Source of the DNA: Auanema rhodensis
Lineage: Eukaryota > Animalia > Nematoda
DNA length: 64,000 bases
Reading direction: 5' to 3'
NCBI GenBank assembly: GCA_964057225.1
Contig: OZ059899.1
Coordinates: 310,001-374,000 of the forward strand
In this document: one piece after another, positions 50,912 to 64,000 of the stretch
Numbering within the stretch: position 1 is the first letter of the stretch
Layout of the letters: each line of letters starts with the position of its first letter
The notes under the pieces: generated by a model
Database searches by the model: none
What the model was told of the DNA's origin: nothing
What the model saw: the letters and a program-made list of their open reading frames with translations, nothing else
Made by a program: the position numbers and the translations under genes

Positions 50912-53900
50912 TACATTTAATTAGCATAAATTAAAGTTCACGTAAATTTCAAAGTCATGGTTACCATGCACCAATATCAATAAAAATTTGTTTTTAGACT
51001 AATATGGACATGGGAAATTTAATTTTGAAAACCGCATCTCTTTATCTTTCACGTGAAGCGAGTTACATACCAAGTGCACATCACGTGTACATTTAATTAG
51101 CATAAATTAAAGTTCACGTAAATTTCAAAGTCATGGTTACCATGCACCAATATCAATAAAAATTTGTTTTTAGACTAATATGGACATGGGGAATCTAATA
51201 TTGAAAACCGCATCTCTTTATCTTTCACGTGAAGCGAGTTACATACCAAGTGCACATCACGTGTACATTTAATTAGCATAAATTAAAGTTCACGTAAATT
51301 TCAAAGTCATGGTTACCATGCACCAATATCAATAAAAATTTGTTTTTAGACTAATATGGACATGGGGAATCTAATTTTGAAAACCGCATCTCTTTATCTT
51401 TCACGTGAAGCGAGTTACATACCAAGTGCACATCACGTGTACATTTAATTAGCATAAATTAAAGTTCACGTAAATTTCAAAGTCATGGTTACCATGCACC
51501 AATATCAATAAAAATTTGTTTTTAGACTAATATGGACATGGGGAATCTAATTTTGAAAACCGCATCTCTTTATCTTTCACGTGAAGCGAGTTACATACCA
51601 AGTGCACATCACGTGTACATTTAATTAGCATAAATTAAAGTTCACGTAAATTTCAAAGTCATGGTTACCATGAACCAATATCAATAAAAATTTGTTTTTA
51701 GACTAATATGGACATGGGGAATCTAATTTTGAAAACCGCATCTCTTTATCTTTCACGTGAAGCGAGTTACATACCAAGTGCACATCACGTGTACATTTAA
51801 TTAGCATAAATTAAAGTTCACGTAAATTTCAAAGTCATGGTTACCATGCACCAATATCAATAAAAATTTGTTTTTAGACTAATATGGACATGGGAAATTT
51901 AATTTTGAAAACCGCATCTCTTTATCTTTCACGTGAAGCGAGTTACATACCAAGTGCACATCACGTGTACATTTAATTAGCATAAATTAAAGTTCACGTA
52001 AATTTCAAAGTCATGGTTACCATGCACCAATATCAATAAAAATTTGTTTTTAGACTAATATTGACATGGGGAATCTAATTTTGGAAACCGCATCTCTTTA
52101 TCTTTCACGTGAAGCGAGTTACATACCAAGTGCACATCATGTGTACATTTAATTAGCATAAATTAAAGTTCACGTAAATTTCAAAGTCATGGTTACCATG
52201 CACCAATATCAATAAAAATTTGTTTTTAGACTAATATGGACATGGGGAATCTAATTTTGAAAACCGCATCTCTTTATCTTTCACGTGAAGCGAGTTACAT
52301 ACCAAGTGCACATCACGTGTACATTTAATTAGCATAAATTAAAGTTCACGTAAATTTCAAAGTCATGGTTACCATGCACCAATATCAATAAAAATTTGTT
52401 TTTAGACTAATATGGACATGGGGAATCTAATTTTGAAAACCGCATCTCTTTATCTTTCACGTGAAGCGAGTTACATACCAAGTGCACATCACGTGTACAT
52501 TTAATTAGCATAAATTAAAGTTCACGTAAATTTCAAAGTCATGGTTACCATTAACCAATATCAATAAAAATTTGTTTTTAGACTAATATGGACATGGGGA
52601 ATCTAATTTTGAAAACCGCATCTCTTTATCTTTCACGTGAAGCGAGTTACATACCAAGTGCACATCACGTGTACATTTAATTAGCATAAATTAAAGTTCA
52701 CGTAAATTTCAAAGTCATGGTTACCATGCACCAATATCAATAAAAATTTGTTTTTAGACTAATATGGACATGGGAAATTTAATTTTGAAAACCGCATCTC
52801 TTTATCTTTCACGTGAAGCGAGTTACATACCAAGTGCACATCACGTGTACATTTAATTAGCATAAATTAAAGTTCACGTAAATTTCAAAGTCATGGTTAC
52901 CATGCACCAATATCAATAAAAATTTGTTTTTAGACTAATATGGACATGGGGAATCTAATATTGAAAACCGCATCTCTTTATCTTTCACGTGAAGCGAGTT
53001 ACATACCAAGTGCACATCACGTGTACATTTAATTAGCATAAATTAAAGTTCACGTAAATTTCAAAGTCATGGTTACCATGCACCAATATCAATAAAAATT
53101 TGTTTTTAGACTAATATGGACATGGGGAATCTAATTTTGAAAACCGCATCTCTTTATCTTTCACGTGAAGCGAGTTACATACCAAGTGCACATCACGTGT
53201 ACATTTAATTAGCATAAATTAAAGTTCACGTAAATTTCAAAGTCATGGTTACCATGCACCAATATCAATAAAAATTTGTTTTTAGACTAATATGGACATG
53301 GGGAATCTAATTTTGAAAACCGCATCTCTTTATCTTTCACGTGAAGCGAGTTACATACCAAGTGCACATCACGTGTACATTTAATTAGCATAAATTAAAG
53401 TTCACGTAAATTTGAAAGTCATGGTTACCATGCACCAATATCAATAAAAATTTGTTTTTAGACTAATATGGACATGGGGAATCTAATTTTGAAAACCGCA
53501 TCTCTTTATCTTTCACGTGAAGCGAGTTACATACCAAGTGCACATCACGTGTACATTTAATTAGCATAAATTAAAGTTCACGTAAATTTCAAAGTCATGG
53601 TTACCATGCACCAATATCAATAAAAATTTGTTTTTAGACTAATATGGACATGGGAAATTTAATTTTGAAAACCGCATCTCTTTATCTTTCACGTGAAGCG
53701 AGTTACATACCAAGTGCACATCACGTGTACATTTAATTAGCATAAATTAAAGTTCACGTAAATTTCAAAGTCATGGTTACCATGCACCAATATCAATAAA
53801 AATTTGTTTTTAGACTAATATGGACATGGGGAATCTAATTTTGAAAACCGCATCTCTTTATCTTTCACGTGAAGCGAGTTACATACCAAGTGCACATCAC

Positions 53901-56900
53901 GTGTACATTTAATTAGCATAAATTAAAGTTCACGTAAATTTGAAAGTCATGGTTACCATGCACCAATATCAATAAAAATTTGTTTTTAGACTAATATGGA
54001 CATGGGGAATCTAATTTTGAAAACCGCATCTCTTTATCTTTCACGTGAAGCGAGTTACATACCAAGTGCACATCACGTGTACATTTAATTAGCATAAATT
54101 AAAGTTCACGTAAATTTGAAAGTCATGGTTACCATGCACCAATATCAATAAAAATTTGTTTTTAGACTAATATGGACATGGGGAATCTAATTTTGAAAAC
54201 CGCATCTCTTTATCTTTCACGTGAAGCGAGTTACATACCAAGTGCACATCACGTGTACATTTAATTAGCATAAATTAAAGTTCACGTAAATTTCAAAGTC
54301 ATGGTTACCATGAACCAATATCAATAAAAATTTGTTTTTAGACTAATATGGACATGGGGAATCTAATTTTGAAAACCGCATCTCTTTATCTTTCACGTGA
54401 AGCGAGTTACATACCAAGTGCACATCACGTGTACATTTAATTAGCATAAATTAAAGTTCACGTAAATTTCAAAGTCATGGTTACCATGCACCAATATCAA
54501 TAAAAATTTGTTTTTAGACTAATATGGACATGGGAAATTTAATTTTGAAAACCGCATCTCTTTATCTTTCACGTGAAGCGAGTTACATACCAAGTGCACA
54601 TCACGTGTACATTTAATTAGCATAAATTAAAGTTCACGTAAATTTCAAAGTCATGGTTACCATGCACCAATATCAATAAAAATTTGTTTTTAGACTAATA
54701 TGGACATGGGGAATCTAATTTTGAAAACCGCATCTCTTTATCTTTCACGTGAAGCGAGTTACATACCAAGTGCACATCACGTGTACATTTAATTAGCATA
54801 AATTAAAGTTCACGTAAATTTGAAAGTCATGGTTACCATGCACCAATATCAATAAAAATTTGTTTTTAGACTAATATGGACATGGGGAATCTAATTTTGA
54901 AAACCGCATCTCTTTATCTTTCACGTGAAGCGAGTTACATACCAAGTGCACATCACGTGTACATTTAATTAGCATAAATTAAAGTTCACGTAAATTTCAA
55001 AGTCATGGTTACCATGAACCAATATCAATAAAAATTTGTTTTTAGACTAATATGGACATGGGGAATCTAATTTTGAAAACCGCATCTCTTTATCTTTCAC
55101 GTGAAGCGAGTTACATACCAAGTGCACATCACGTGTACATTTAATTAGCATAAATTAAAGTTCACGTAAATTTCAAAGTCATGGTTACCATGCACCAATA
55201 TCAATAAAAATTTGTTTTTAGACTAATATGGACATGGGAAATTTAATTTTGAAAACCGCATCTCTTTATCTTTCACGTGAAGCGAGTTACATACCAAGTG
55301 CACATCACGTGTACATTTAATTAGCATAAATTAAAGTTCACGTAAATTTCAAAGTCATGGTTACCATGCACCAATATCAATAAAAATTTGTTTTTAGACT
55401 AATATGGACATGGGGAATCTAATTTTGAAAACCGCATCTCTTTATCTTTCACGTGAAGCGAGTTACATACCAAGTGCACATCACGTGTACATTTAATTAG
55501 CATAAATTAAAGTTCACGTAAATTTCAAAGTCATGGTTACCATGCACCAATATCAATAAAAATTTGTTTTTAGACTAATATGGACATGGGGAATCTAATT
55601 TTGAAAACCGCATCTCTTTATCTTTCACGTGAAGCGAGTTACATACCAAGTGCACATCACGTGTACATTTAATTAGCATAAATTAAAGTTCACGTAAATT
55701 TCAAAGTCATGGTTACCATGCACCAATATCAATAAAAATTTGTTTTTAGACTAATATTGACATGGGGAATCTAATTTTGGAAACCGCATCTCTTTATCTT
55801 TCACGTGAAGCGAGTTACATACCAAGTGCACATCACGTGTACATTTAATTAGCATAAATTGAAGTTCACGTAAATTTCAAAGTCATGGTTACCATGAACC
55901 AATATCAATAAAAATTTGTTTTTAGACTAATATGGACATGGGGAATCTAATTTTGAAAACCGCATCTCTTTATCTTTCACGTGAAGCGAGTTACATACCA
56001 AGTGCACATCATGTGTACATTTAATTAGCATAAATTAAAGTTCACGTAAATTTCAAAGTCATGGTTACCATGCACCAATATCAATAAAAATTTGTTTTTA
56101 GACTAATATGGACATGGGGAATCTAATTTTGAAAACCGCATCTCTTTATCTTTCACGTGAAGCGAGTTACATACCAAGTGCACATCACGTGTACATTTAA
56201 TTAGCATAAATTAAAGTTCACGTAAATTTCAAAGTCATGGTTACCATGAACCAATATCAATAAAAATTTGTTTTTAGACTAATATGGACATGAGGAATCT
56301 AATTTTGAAAACCGCATCTCTTCATCTTTCACGTGAAGCGAGTTACATACCAAGTGCACATCACGTGTACATTTAATTAGCATAAATTAAAGTTCACGTA
56401 AATTTCAAAGTCATGGTTACCATGAACCAATATCAATAAAAATTTATTTTTAGACTAATATGGACATGGGGAATCTAATTTTGAAAACCGCATCTCTTTA
56501 TCTTTCACGTGAAGCGAGTTACATACCAAGTGCACATCACGTGTACATTTAATTAGCATAAATTAAAGTTCACGTAAATTTCAAAGTCATGGTTACCATG
56601 CACAAATATCAATAAAATTTTGTTTTTAGACTAATATGGACATGGGGAATCTAATTTTGAAAACCGCATCTCTTTATCTTTCACGTGAAGCGAGTTACAT
56701 ACCAAGTGCACATCACGTGTACATTTAATTAGCATAAATTAAAGTTCACGTAAATTTCAAAGTCATGGTTACCATGCACCAATATCAATAAAAATTTGTT
56801 TTTTGACTAATATGGACATGGGGAATCTAATTTTGAAAACCGCATCTCTTTATCTTTCACGTGAAGCGAGTTACATACCAAGTGCACATCACGTGTACAT

Positions 56901-59900
56901 TTAATTAGCATAAATTAAAGTTCACGTAAATTTCAAAGTCATGGTTACCATGAACCAATATCAATAAAAATTTGTTTTTAGACTAATATGGACATGGGGA
57001 ATCTAATTTTGAAAACCGCATCTCTTTATCTTTCACGTGAAGCGAGTTACATACCAAGTGCACATCACGTGTACATTTAATTAGCATAAATTAAAGTTCA
57101 CGTAAATTTCAAAGTCATGGTTACCATGCACCAATATCAATAAAAATTTGTTTTTAGACTAATATGGACATGGGGAATCTAATTTTGGAAACCGCATCTC
57201 TTTATCTTTCACGTGAAGCGAGTTACATACCAAGTGCACATCACGTGTACATTTAATTAGCATAAATTGAAGTTCACGTAAATTTCAAAGTCATGGTTAC
57301 CATGAACCAATATCAATAAAAATTTGTTTTTAGACTAATATGGACATGGGGTATCTAATTTTGAAAACCGCATCTCTTTATCTTTCACGTGAAGCGAGTT
57401 ACATACCAAGTGCACATCACGTGTACATTTAATTAGCATAAATTAAAGTTCACGTAAATTTCAAAGTCATGGTTACCATGAACCAATATCAATAAAAATT
57501 TGTTTTTAGACTAATATGGACATGGGGAATCTAATTTTGAAAACCGCATCTCTTTATCTTTTACGTGAAGCGAGTTACATACCAAGGGCACATCACGTGT
57601 ACATTTAATTAGCATAAATTAAAGTTCACGTAAATTTCAAAGTCATGGTTACCATGCACCAATATCAATAAAAATTTGTTTTTAGACTAATATGGACATG
57701 GGGAATCTAATTTTGAGAACCGCATCTTTTTATCTTTCACGTGAAGCGAGTTACATACCAAGTGCACATCACGTGTACATTTAATTAGCATAAATTAAAG
57801 TTCACGTAAATTTCAAAGTCATGGTTACCATGCACCAATATCAATAAAAATTTGTTTTTAGACTAATATGGACATGGGGAATCTAATTTTGAAAACCGCA
57901 TCTCTTTATCTTTCACGTGAAGCGAGTTACATACCAAGGGCACATCACGTGTACATTTAATTAGCATAAATTAAAGTTCACGTAAATTTCAAAGTCATGG
58001 TTACCATGCACCAATATCAATAAAAATTTGTTTTTAGACTAATATGGACATGGGGAATCTAATTTTGAAAACCGCATCTCTTTATCTTTCACGTGAAGCG
58101 AGTTACATACCAAGTGCACATCACGTGTACATTTAATTAGCATAAATTGAAGTTCACGTAAATTTCAAAGTCATGGTTACCATGAACCAATATCAATAAA
58201 AATTTGTTTTTAGACTAATATGGACATGGGGTATCTAATTTTGAAAACCGCATCTCTTTATCTTTCACGTGAAGCGAGTTACATACCAAGTGCACATCAC
58301 GTGTACATTTAATTAGCATAAATTAAAGTTCACGTAAATTTCAAAGTCATGGTTACCATGAACCAATATCAATAAAAATTTTTTTTTAGACTAATATGGA
58401 CATGGGGAATCTAATTTTGAAAACCGCATCTCTTTATCTTTCACGTGAAGCGAGTTACATACCAAGTGCACATCACGTGTACATTTAATTAGCATAAATT
58501 AAAGTTCACGTAAATTTCAAAGTCATGGTTACCATGCACAAATATCAATAAAAATTTGTTTTTAGACTAATATGGACATGGGGAATCTAATTTTGAAAAC
58601 CGCATCTCTTTATCTTTCACGTGAAGCGAGTTACATACCAAGTGCACATCACGTGTACATTTAATTAGCATAAATTGAAGTTCACGTAAATTTCAAAGTC
58701 ATGGTTACCATGAACCAATATCAATAAAAATTTGTTTTTAGACTAATATGGACATGGGGAATCTAATTTTGAAAACCGCATCTCTTTATCTTTCACGTGA
58801 AGCGAGTTACATACCAAGGGCACATCACGTGTACATTTAATTAGCATAAATTAAAGTTCACGTAAATTTCAAAGTCATGGTTACCATGCACCAATATCAA
58901 TAAAAATTTGTTTTTAGACTAATATGGACATGGGGAATCTAATTTTGAAAACCGCATCTCTTTATCTTTCACGTGAAGCGAGTTACATACCAAGGGCACA
59001 TCACGTGTACATTTAATTAGCATAAATTAAAGTTCACGTAAATTTCAAAGTCATGGTTACCATGCACCAATATCAATAAAAATTTGTTTTTAGACTAATA
59101 TGGACATGGGGAATCTAATTTTGAAAACCGCATCTCTTTATCTTTCACGTGAAGCGAGTTACATACCAAGGGCACATCACGTGTACATTTAATTAGCATA
59201 AATTAAAGTTCACGTAAATTTCAAAGTCATGGTTACCATGCACCAATATCAATAAAAATTTGTTTTTAGACTAATATGGACATGGGGAATCTAATTTTGG
59301 AAACCGAATCTCTTTATCTTTCACGTGAAGCGAGTTACATACCAAGTGCACATCACGTGTACATTTAATTAGCATAAATTAAAGTTCACGTAAATTTCAA
59401 AGTCATGGTTACCATGCACCAATATCAATAAAAATTTGTTTTTAGACTAATATGGACATGGGGAATCTAATTTTGAAAACCGCATCTCTTTATCTTTCAC
59501 GTGAAGCGAGTTACATACCAAGGGCACATCACGTGTACATTTAATTAGCATAAATTAAAGTTCACGTAAATTTCAAAGTCATGGTTACCATGCACCAATA
59601 TCAATAAAAATTTGTTTTTAGACTAATATGGACATGGGGAATCTAATTTTGAAAACCGCATCTCTTTATCTTTCACGTGAAGCGAGTTACATACCAAGTG
59701 CACATCACGTGTACATTTAATTAGCATAAATTAAAGTTCACGTAAATTTCAAAGTCATGGTTACCATGAACCAATATCAATAAAAATTTGTTTTTAGACT
59801 AATATGGACATGGGGAATCTAATTTTGAAAACCGCATCTCTTTATCTTTCATGTGAAGCGAGTTACATACCAAGTGCACATCACGTGTACATTTAATTAG

Positions 59901-62900
59901 CATAAATTAAAGTTCACGTAAATTTCAAAGTCATGGTTACCATGCACAAATATCAATAAAAATTTGTTTTTAGACTAATATGGACATGGGGAATCTAATT
60001 TTGAAAACCGCATCTCTTTATCTTTCACGTGAAGCGAGTTACATACCAAGTGCACATCACGTGTACATTTAATTAGCATAAATTAAAGTTCACGTAAATT
60101 TCAAAGTCATGGTTACCATGCACCAATATCAATAAAAATTTGTTTTTAGACTAATATTGACATGGGGAATCTAATTTTGGAAACCGCATCTCTTTATCTT
60201 TCACGTGAAGCGAGTTACATACCAAGTGCACATCACGTGTACATTTAATTAGCATAAATTGAAGTTCACGTAAATTTCAAAGTCATGGTTACCATGAACC
60301 AATATCAATAAAAATTTGTTTTTAGACTAATATGGACATGGGGAATCTAATTTTGAAAACCGCATCTCTTTATCTTTCACGTGAAGCGAGTTACATACCA
60401 AGTGCACATCATGTGTACATTTAATTAGCATAAATTAAAGTTCACGTAAATTTCAAAGTCATGGTTACCATGCACCAATATCAATAAAAATTTGTTTTTA
60501 GACTAATATGGACATGGGGAATCTAATTTTGAAAACCGCATCTCTTTATCTTTCACGTGAAGCGAGTTACATACCAAGTGCACATCACGTGTACATTTAA
60601 TTAGCATAAATTAAAGTTCACGTAAATTTCAAAGTCATGGTTACCATGAACCAATATCAATAAAAATTTGTTTTTAGACTAATATGGACATGAGGAATCT
60701 AATTTTGAAAACCGCATCTCTTCATCTTTCACGTGAAGCGAGTTACATACCAAGTGCACATCACGTGTACATTTAATTAGCATAAATTAAAGTTCACGTA
60801 AATTTCAAAGTCATGGTTACCATGAACCAATATCAATAAAAATTTATTTTTAGACTAATATGGACATGGGGAATCTAATTTTGAAAACCGCATCTCTTTA
60901 TCTTTCACGTGAAGCGAGTTACATACCAAGTGCACATCACGTGTACATTTAATTAGCATAAATTAAAGTTCACGTAAATTTCAAAGTCATGGTTACCATG
61001 CACAAATATCAATAAAATTTTGTTTTTAGACTAATATGGACATGGGGAATCTAATTTTGAAAACCGCATCTCTTTATCTTTCACGTGAAGCGAGTTACAT
61101 ACCAAGTGCACATCACGTGTACATTTAATTAGCATAAATTAAAGTTCACGTAAATTTCAAAGTCATGGTTACCATGCACCAATATCAATAAAAATTTGTT
61201 TTTTGACTAATATGGACATGGGGAATCTAATTTTGAAAACCGCATCTCTTTATCTTTCACGTGAAGCGAGTTACATACCAAGTGCACATCACGTGTACAT
61301 TTAATTAGCATAAATTAAAGTTCACGTAAATTTCAAAGTCATGGTTACCATGAACCAATATCAATAAAAATTTGTTTTTAGACTAATATGGACATGGGGA
61401 ATCTAATTTTGAAAACCGCATCTCTTTATCTTTCACGTGAAGCGAGTTACATACCAAGTGCACATCACGTGTACATTTAATTAGCATAAATTAAAGTTCA
61501 CGTAAATTTCAAAGTCATGGTTACCATGCACCAATATCAATAAAAATTTGTTTTTAGACTAATATGGACATGGGGAATCTAATTTTGGAAACCGCATCTC
61601 TTTATCTTTCACGTGAAGCGAGTTACATACCAAGTGCACATCACGTGTACATTTAATTAGCATAAATTGAAGTTCACGTAAATTTCAAAGTCATGGTTAC
61701 CATGAACCAATATCAATAAAAATTTGTTTTTAGACTAATATGGACATGGGGTATCTAATTTTGAAAACCGCATCTCTTTATCTTTCACGTGAAGCGAGTT
61801 ACATACCAAGTGCACATCACGTGTACATTTAATTAGCATAAATTAAAGTTCACGTAAATTTCAAAGTCATGGTTACCATGAACCAATATCAATAAAAATT
61901 TGTTTTTAGACTAATATGGACATGGGGAATCTAATTTTGAAAACCGCATCTCTTTATCTTTTACGTGAAGCGAGTTACATACCAAGGGCACATCACGTGT
62001 ACATTTAATTAGCATAAATTAAAGTTCACGTAAATTTCAAAGTCATGGTTACCATGCACCAATATCAATAAAAATTTGTTTTTAGACTAATATGGACATG
62101 GGGAATCTAATTTTGAGAACCGCATCTTTTTATCTTTCACGTGAAGCGAGTTACATACCAAGTGCACATCACGTGTACATTTAATTAGCATAAATTAAAG
62201 TTCACGTAAATTTCAAAGTCATGGTTACCATGCACCAATATCAATAAAAATTTGTTTTTAGACTAATATGGACATGGGGAATCTAATTTTGAAAACCGCA
62301 TCTCTTTATCTTTCACGTGAAGCGAGTTACATACCAAGGGCACATCACGTGTACATTTAATTAGCATAAATTAAAGTTCACGTAAATTTCAAAGTCATGG
62401 TTACCATGCACCAATATCAATAAAAATTTGTTTTTAGACTAATATGGACATGGGGAATCTAATTTTGAAAACCGCATCTCTTTATCTTTCACGTGAAGCG
62501 AGTTACATACCAAGTGCACATCACGTGTACATTTAATTAGCATAAATTGAAGTTCACGTAAATTTCAAAGTCATGGTTACCATGAACCAATATCAATAAA
62601 AATTTGTTTTTAGACTAATATGGACATGGGGTATCTAATTTTGAAAACCGCATCTCTTTATCTTTCACGTGAAGCGAGTTACATACCAAGTGCACATCAC
62701 GTGTACATTTAATTAGCATAAATTAAAGTTCACGTAAATTTCAAAGTCATGGTTACCATGAACCAATATCAATAAAAATTTTTTTTTAGACTAATATGGA
62801 CATGGGGAATCTAATTTTGAAAACCGCATCTCTTTATCTTTCACGTGAAGCGAGTTACATACCAAGTGCACATCACGTGTACATTTAATTAGCATAAATT

Positions 62901-64000
62901 AAAGTTCACGTAAATTTCAAAGTCATGGTTACCATGCACAAATATCAATAAAAATTTGTTTTTAGACTAATATGGACATGGGGAATCTAATTTTGAAAAC
63001 CGCATCTCTTTATCTTTCACGTGAAGCGAGTTACATACCAAGTGCACATCACGTGTACATTTAATTAGCATAAATTGAAGTTCACGTAAATTTCAAAGTC
63101 ATGGTTACCATGAACCAATATCAATAAAAATTTGTTTTTAGACTAATATGGACATGGGGAATCTAATTTTGAAAACCGCATCTCTTTATCTTTCACGTGA
63201 AGCGAGTTACATACCAAGGGCACATCACGTGTACATTTAATTAGCATAAATTAAAGTTCACGTAAATTTCAAAGTCATGGTTACCATGCACCAATATCAA
63301 TAAAAATTTGTTTTTAGACTAATATGGACATGGGGAATCTAATTTTGAAAACCGCATCTCTTTATCTTTCACGTGAAGCGAGTTACATACCAAGGGCACA
63401 TCACGTGTACATTTAATTAGCATAAATTAAAGTTCACGTAAATTTCAAAGTCATGGTTACCATGCACCAATATCAATAAAAATTTGTTTTTAGACTAATA
63501 TGGACATGGGGAATCTAATTTTGAAAACCGCATCTCTTTATCTTTCACGTGAAGCGAGTTACATACCAAGTGCACATCACGTGTACATTTAATTAGCATA
63601 AATTAAAGTTCACGTAAATTTCAAAGTCATGGTTACCATGCACCAATATCAATAAAAATTTGTTTTTAGACTAATATGGACATGGGGAATCTAATTTTGA
63701 AAACCGCATCTCTTTATCTTTCACGTGAAGCGAGTTACATACCAAGGGCACATCACGTGTACATTTAATTAGCATAAATTAAAGTTCACGTAAATTTCAA
63801 AGTCATGGTTACCATGCACCAATATCAATAAAAATTTGTTTTTAGACTAATATGGACATGGGGAATCTAATTTTGAAAACCGCATCTCTTTATCTTTCAC
63901 GTGAAGCGAGTTACATACCAAGGGCACATCACGTGTACATTTAATTAGCATAAATTAAAGTTCACGTAAATTTCAAAGTCATGGTTACCATGCACCAATA
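50907..64000 (+). repeat. 176-bp tandem satellite array continues, ~74 monomers
   Basis: Same consensus and orientation as 1926-46206; runs to the window end. Confidence 0.98.

Noticed and set aside
1-64000. Identification of the satellite as a known family (alpha satellite, Arabidopsis CEN178, Brassica CentBr 176 bp)
   Set aside because: Only the monomer length is similar. I recognise no sequence similarity or CENP-B box, so a database search is needed.

Overview
This window is eukaryotic heterochromatin-type DNA. About 93% is one highly homogeneous, AT-rich (~32% GC) 176-bp tandem satellite of roughly 337 monomers. The array switches orientation at 1925/1926 and is organised into variant-defined domains with local higher-order duplications of about 9-25 monomers. 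A single apparently intact, full-length ~4.7-kb CR1-clade non-LTR retrotransposon sits at 46207-50908 (+). It has five 18-bp 5' repeats, ORF1, an APE-RT ORF2, a 3' UTR with a long hairpin, a (CAATAAAC)2 tail and an ACGTG target-site duplication. Three observations stand out. (1) ORF2 has no AUG upstream of its endonuclease domain, overlaps ORF1 in the +1 frame, and ORF1 ends in UUU_CGU_UAA, the +1 ribosomal frameshift motif known from influenza PA-X and amalgaviruses. This suggests an ORF1-ORF2 fusion protein. (2) The LINE insertion, the inversion breakpoint and an 11-bp deletion all fall in the same ~20-bp palindrome-rich motif of the monomer. (3) Shared variants identify a sister haplotype of the inverted arm and an 'empty' pre-insertion copy of the LINE target. 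The host species cannot be established from this sequence; ORF1 looks to me like invertebrate, possibly nematode, CR1 ORF1s (low confidence).
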